DNA from: a virus
Lineage: Duplodnaviria; Caudoviricetes
Length of the DNA: 40,127 nucleotides
Virus record (IMG/VR): IMGVR_UViG_3300017649_000003
Coordinates: 1-40,127 of that record
Direction: 5' to 3' (one strand)
Shown piece after piece: positions 36,155-40,127 of this stretch. Under the pieces are notes generated by a model. That model had not been told where the DNA came from. It did no database searches and saw only the letters and a program-made list of their open reading frames with translations. Both the position numbers and the translations under genes were made by a program. Within the stretch, counting starts at the first letter, position 1. Every line of letters starts with the position of its first letter.

Positions 36155-36556
36155 CACTCCAACGACTCGCAGAACAGCCTAGCCCCCAGGGCAGCCAAGT
36201 AGAGGGTCGGGAAGTACCAGCAGTACCGCAAGCCCATGCGCGATCAGCAGTACCCCATAAGGGATCTGAACTGATGCAGTCGAAAGAGGAATGCCCAGCC
36301 GAGCTAGCGGAATCGGTGGACGCTGAGACGGGGCAGTAAGCGGAGAGCCCCTGAGCCGACAGAGCCGCGTGGCAGTGAGCAAACAGGAACCGTCTGGAGC
36401 TTGCTGCCCGGAATCATCCGCCTGCCCTGTGACAGAGGGCATACGGATGGAACACGCGAGCCTGACCGCGCACAGGCCCATGGGGGACATGGTTAAAGCC
36501 CCAATCCGAAGCGCCATTCATTGAGTGCTGCGCTTCGTATGAACCAGGAGACAACC

Positions 36557-36916
36557 ATGAACCCCGAATACGTAGGCGAAATGACGCCAGAAGAAGAGGC
36601 GGAGTGGAAGGTGGTGGATATGCAGAACGAGGCGAAGAAATCCGTCAATCCTCAGCCGAAGGTCGGCGATCTGATTATCGTTCACAAGACATGCGGCATC
36701 TTTTTCCAAGCCGGCGCCAAGGCGGTGTTGACCGAGCGGGACGATTTCCAATGGTGGGCATGCTTCCGCATCCCTGAGAATCGCCCTTGCGACTATTACG
36801 ACAGGCACGACGCAGTTTGGTGCGTTGGCGATGAGAGCAAATTCACCGTCATCCAGAGAAACCGCCCCACTCCCCTCCCCGACGAAGCCATGGCCGGCGA
36901 GCAGGAAATCGACTAG
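36557..36916 (+). CDS. Hypothetical early protein
   Basis: AGGAG SD; 119 aa. Confidence 0.7.
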   Translation: MNPEYVGEMTPEEEAEWKVVDMQNEAKKSVNPQPKVGDLIIVHKTCGIFFQAGAKAVLTERDDFQWWACFRIPENRPCDYYDRHDAVWCVGDESKFTVIQRNRPTPLPDEAMAGEQEID

Positions 36917-36925
36917 GAGAACCCA

Positions 36926-37102
36926 ATGCTGAAGACCACGCCGTATGACGTTGCTGATCATCTGCGAACGCCCGCTGAGGCCGCCGAGTACCTGCGAGCC
37001 TGCGCGGATGAGGGGATAAACGACGCCAGTTTCCTGCGCGGGGCCATGTTCGATACTGCCCGCGCGCTCGACAGGCTTGCGGGCGAAAACAAGGCCAACT
37101 GA
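36926..37102 (+). CDS. HTH-less homolog of HI1420-family addiction-module antitoxin (58 aa; not in ORF track)
   Basis: AGGAG SD; MLKTTPYDVADHLRTPAEAAEYLRACADEGINDASFLRGAMFDTARA resembles the antidote N-terminal half. Confidence 0.7.
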   Translation: MLKTTPYDVADHLRTPAEAAEYLRACADEGINDASFLRGAMFDTARALDRLAGENKAN

Positions 37103-37233
37103 TGCTGGTCGTCATCTATCTAGCGCTCTGCTTGGCTGGATTTGCTGGGGCGCTGTACTTGCCCAAGCCTGCGGCGGTGGCATCGCTGTGCGCCATTACC
37201 GGGGCTTGGATCGCTGCAGTTCACTACCTATGA
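37102..37233 (+). CDS. Small membrane peptide (43 aa)
   Basis: TGATG coupling; MLVVIYLALCLAGFAGALYLPKPAAVASLCAITGAWIAAVHYL. Confidence 0.6.
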   Translation: MLVVIYLALCLAGFAGALYLPKPAAVASLCAITGAWIAAVHYL

Positions 37234-37242
37234 GGTGCAACC

Positions 37243-37434
37243 ATGCGCCACTACTCCACGACCATATACGCCGCCCTGAGCCTTGTGGCGGGACTGGCAA
37301 CCGGGACGCTGGGCGGTATGACCTACCAGCCCAAGCCCGACAAGGTATCGCTGTACATGCCGCAATGGTCTTGTACGGTCAATCCGCAATCTGAGCGCTT
37401 GGACTGTGTGCGCAAGGATGCGGGGACGTTGTAG
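37243..37434 (+). CDS. Small membrane-anchored protein
   Basis: GAGG SD; N-terminal hydrophobic helix; two Cys. Confidence 0.6.
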   Translation: MRHYSTTIYAALSLVAGLATGTLGGMTYQPKPDKVSLYMPQWSCTVNPQSERLDCVRKDAGTL

Positions 37435-37637
37435 ATGTTCGGCCGGGAGGCTGGCCCGGTCTGCAGCAGCAGAGCCTCTCAGCGGTGATGGCCATAACCG
37501 TACCAGTCATGGCAAGTGTCATGACTAGGACGCTATACACCCCGGAAAGACGGGGACCCTGCGTGCTGAGTCCTACCCAATAAAGCCATGGTCGGTTAAC
37601 GGGTTCGAGGGCGCCAATCCTTTTAGGGCTCAGCACG

Positions 37638-37783
37638 GAGGGTAGTAGTACGCGCAGGCGAGGCGCAGCAGTTGAAGTGGCGAGGGGCATGAGGAAGATA
37701 CGCGGGATACCGCTAAACAGCCCGGCTTCGCCGACTCGCGCCTCCACATAGCGAGGCAACGCCGGATTCGCACCCGGCCCCTC
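37638..37783 (+). ncRNA. Cloverleaf-like structured RNA with kissing loops
   Basis: GAGGG/CCCTC closing stem; GCGC-AGGCGAG-GCGC and GCCGG-ATTCGCAC-CCGGC hairpins with complementary loops. Confidence 0.45.
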
Positions 37784-38122
37784 ACAAGCGCAGAGCGAGG
37801 AACGGGCGCGTTGCCCTAGTAGATGTTCGCTCTACCTTAGGTGCCGGATGGTCCCCCGGTCGGCTGGCCCACGAAACGGGCCGTCCTCAAGAGTGGCGGC
37901 TGAGCGTCGATCAAGCAAGCCGAGTGCCCCGTCGATACTAGGGGCTACCTGCAGGGCTCGGGACTGCTCGGGCAGCCGCCACCCTTGAGGACTCCATCAC
38001 TTTCAACTTTCCAACCGTGCAGGGTTGGCGGAGTTCCTCACCCTTCAATGGGGGAAAGCAGATGCCGAGATGTAAGTCCACACGCGCAGTGGCAGCGGTG
38101 CAGCGAGTACCCCTCCCCTTAT

Positions 38123-38276
38123 CGACTGGCAGCCGGATATGGCGTATCCGGGCGGCGCGCAGAGGTGCCGTGGCATGCAAACGAGGCTTGGACGCTTGAT
38201 CCGACCCGCGACGGCGGGGATATATAGCGTCTTCAAGTTCATGCCTTTGCGGGTTCGAGTCCCGCCCAGTCGGCCA
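38123..38276 (+). ncRNA. tRNA-like RNA (154 nt) with a giant variable arm
   Basis: Acceptor CGACTGG/CCAGTCG, discriminator G, CCA, canonical T arm GCGGG-TTCGAGT-CCCGC. Confidence 0.7.
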
Positions 38277-38383
38277 CTATCAGCCTCCCAAAATCACCCA
38301 GCCGGATATACCGCCGCGTGCGCACAAGGCGTGACGCCGAAAGGGGTAGCGGTTGGGCGGCTGACCTTTTACCTGGAGTTGCT

Positions 38384-38737
38384 ATGGCTAGCGTGCTTGG
38401 CCGCAAAACAAACTTTCGCGTCGTCATCGAGCCGCGCCGCCTAGGCGACTTCGGCCGCATCAAGACCTCCGACACGTTCGTATACGGCCGGGGCCTTGAA
38501 GCAGAGGCGCGCATCGAAAAGGAATACGAGGAAAGGTGCAACGAGATCGCGTCTGAGATCAAACGCCACGTCGATAACGTTGGCTGCACCAGCGTCGAAT
38601 TCGACCAAGAGAGAGTTTGCGAGCATTGCGGTTCGATCTGGACCGAAGCAAGCCAAGTCTATAACGGCGGGTGCTGCTCCAAAGACGAAGAGAACAACCC
38701 CTCCGAGCAAGGAGCCAGCCATGCCCCCAGTAGCTGA
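38384..38737 (+). CDS. Hypothetical Zn-binding protein
   Basis: GGAG SD; CEHCG...GGCC. Confidence 0.7.
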   Translation: MASVLGRKTNFRVVIEPRRLGDFGRIKTSDTFVYGRGLEAEARIEKEYEERCNEIASEIKRHVDNVGCTSVEFDQERVCEHCGSIWTEASQVYNGGCCSKDEENNPSEQGASHAPSS

Positions 38738-39005
38738 ACGGCACCTAGAGCCGCCAGAAGTCATGCCGCTGACCGCATCGGCCCATTCGGTGCTGGAGGT
38801 CATGCAGAACCCCTGCGCCCACGACGTAGACGGCCACGATTGCATTTGGTGGACAGAGCGCCTGGACGAGCGCCAATTCTTCGACAACCTGAGCCGATAC
38901 GACAAGGCAGTCATTTTTATGGCCGTCCTATCGAGCACGAACACCTGGGCGAATCGACTCAAGGTCGAGATTCTTAACGCAGTCCAGGACGAATTAGCGG
39001 AGTGA
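38721..39005 (+). CDS. Hypothetical protein
   Basis: AAGGAG SD before ATG 38721. Confidence 0.6.
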   Translation: MPPVAERHLEPPEVMPLTASAHSVLEVMQNPCAHDVDGHDCIWWTERLDERQFFDNLSRYDKAVIFMAVLSSTNTWANRLKVEILNAVQDELAE

Positions 39006-39008
39006 GCC

Positions 39009-39227
39009 ATGAGCGACGAACTTAAGGACATTCTGGAGCAGTACCGGGCAATGAAGGAGCAGCGGGACGAGTTGCTGGAGGCGCTGCAGACGGTGCTGAC
39101 CGAGTGGGATGCGCTGTACCCCTCTTTCCCAAGGAACGACGCGATTGAAGACGCTGAATTCAGCGGATTTCAGATGGCCCGCGCCGCCATCGCCAAAGCC
39201 ACCGGAGAGCCGCCATGCGCCGCCTGA
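39009..39227 (+). CDS. Hypothetical protein
   Basis: QRDELLEAL...ARAAIAKATG motif typical of early phage genes. Confidence 0.7.
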   Translation: MSDELKDILEQYRAMKEQRDELLEALQTVLTEWDALYPSFPRNDAIEDAEFSGFQMARAAIAKATGEPPCAA

Positions 39228-39361
39228 TCAACTTCCTCCGCCGCATCGACGCCTACGAGTACGCCGGAGCATGCGCCCTGCTGCTCGCCATCGTCATGGG
39301 CTATGTCACCACCCAGCATTTCGACGACGAGGCGCGGCTTGTTGAGATTGCACAGAAGTAG
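39215..39361 (+). CDS. Small membrane protein (48 aa)
   Basis: GGAG SD; MRRLINFLRRIDAYEYAGACALLLAIVMGYV... Confidence 0.55.
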   Translation: MRRLINFLRRIDAYEYAGACALLLAIVMGYVTTQHFDDEARLVEIAQK

Positions 39362-39372
39362 GAGAACAACAA

Positions 39373-40098
39373 ATGAACGAGGTTATTGAGGCCCCGAAGA
39401 CCAGTATCGCCCCAGCCGCCACGCCGGCGGACCTGCTCCGAATCGCCGTTGAACAGGGGGCCGACCTGGACAAGCTGGAGCGGTTGATGGACCTGCAGGA
39501 CCGTTATCTTGCCGCCCAGGCCAAGCGGTCGTATGACGAGGCGTTCGCCGCATTCAAAGCCGAGGCCGTCAAGATCATCAAGGGGAAAAGCGTGAACGAC
39601 GGCCCTCTAAAGGGCAAGTCTTACGCTGAGCTGCATGATGTGGTGAACGCTGTCACCCCCGCCCTGTCTCGCCATGGCCTGTCGTCGTCCTGGAAGCTCA
39701 CCAAGGATGAAAAGGACTGGATGGAGGTCACCTGCTACCTGCGTCACGTAGGCGGGCACGAGGAAAGCGTCTCGATGGGTGGCCCTCCGGACATGGGCGG
39801 CGCCAAGAACGCGATTCAGGCCCGAGCAAGCACCAAAACGTATCTGGAGCGCTATACGCTCAAAGCCATTACCGGCCTGTCGGAGCAAGACGACGACAAC
39901 GACGGCAACAACCCGGCCCAGGCGCTGGACGACTGGCTCGCCAAAGTGGAAGAAGCCAGCACCGAGGACGACCTCCGGGCCACGTCCAAGGCAGGCGCCA
40001 AGTACTTCCAGGTCACCCGCAACAAGGACGGCTACCGGCAATTCGCCGCTGCTGTCCAGGCGAAGGGGGCCGACCTGAAGGGGAAGGCCAATGCTTGA
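39373..40098 (+). CDS. ERF-family ssDNA annealing protein
   Basis: ADLDKLERLMDLQ...YAELHDV...LSRHGLS...VTCYLRH..GH.ES...TYLERYTL. Confidence 0.85.
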   Translation: MNEVIEAPKTSIAPAATPADLLRIAVEQGADLDKLERLMDLQDRYLAAQAKRSYDEAFAAFKAEAVKIIKGKSVNDGPLKGKSYAELHDVVNAVTPALSRHGLSSSWKLTKDEKDWMEVTCYLRHVGGHEESVSMGGPPDMGGAKNAIQARASTKTYLERYTLKAITGLSEQDDDNDGNNPAQALDDWLAKVEEASTEDDLRATSKAGAKYFQVTRNKDGYRQFAAAVQAKGADLKGKANA

Positions 40099-40127
40099 CC
40101 TCAAGATCAGGGCGTCGTCGGTCGGCA
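40005..40127. repeat. Terminal direct repeat (copy of 1-123)
   Basis: Exact match to the window start. Confidence 0.95.

Noticed and set aside
37431-38309. Mini-CRISPR array or self-cleaving ribozyme
   Set aside because: Repeats are only 11-bp pairs at irregular spacing; no hammerhead, twister or pistol core recognised by eye
37379-38444. ORF-track entries inside the structured region
   Set aside because: No SD, low-complexity products, mutually overlapping; RNA structure explains the sequence better

Overview
The window is a complete, circularly assembled temperate siphophage genome. The unit length is 40,004 bp, because bases 1-123 repeat at 40005-40127. It has a lambdoid layout with an HK97-type head. 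The host is probably a Betaproteobacterium such as an Alcaligenaceae member; this is inferred only from the high GC, the CTG-N10-CAG LexA box and the tRNA-His attP. The + strand carries cI, the early (PL-like) operon with ERF-type annealase, exonuclease, SSB and accessory genes, then xis/int and attP. The - strand carries cro/cII, replication (initiator + DnaB), RusA, Q, terminase, portal, Clp protease, capsid, head-tail, tail, an SGNH-esterase tailspike and lysis genes. The best candidate for a new system sits inside the head operon. A short post-capsid gene appears to be joined by a -1 frameshift (C-CCT followed by an H-type pseudoknot) to a start-less tandem glycosyltransferase ORF (Maf/sialyltransferase-like + GT9-like), followed by a SAM methyltransferase, suggesting a virion glycosylation module. 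Also notable: a ~950-nt array of structured non-coding RNA containing a 154-nt tRNA-like element ending in CCA, an HTH-less antitoxin mimic, and a LexA-boxed Cys-rich gene beside attP. All calls come from reading motifs by eye; no searches or folding programs were run.
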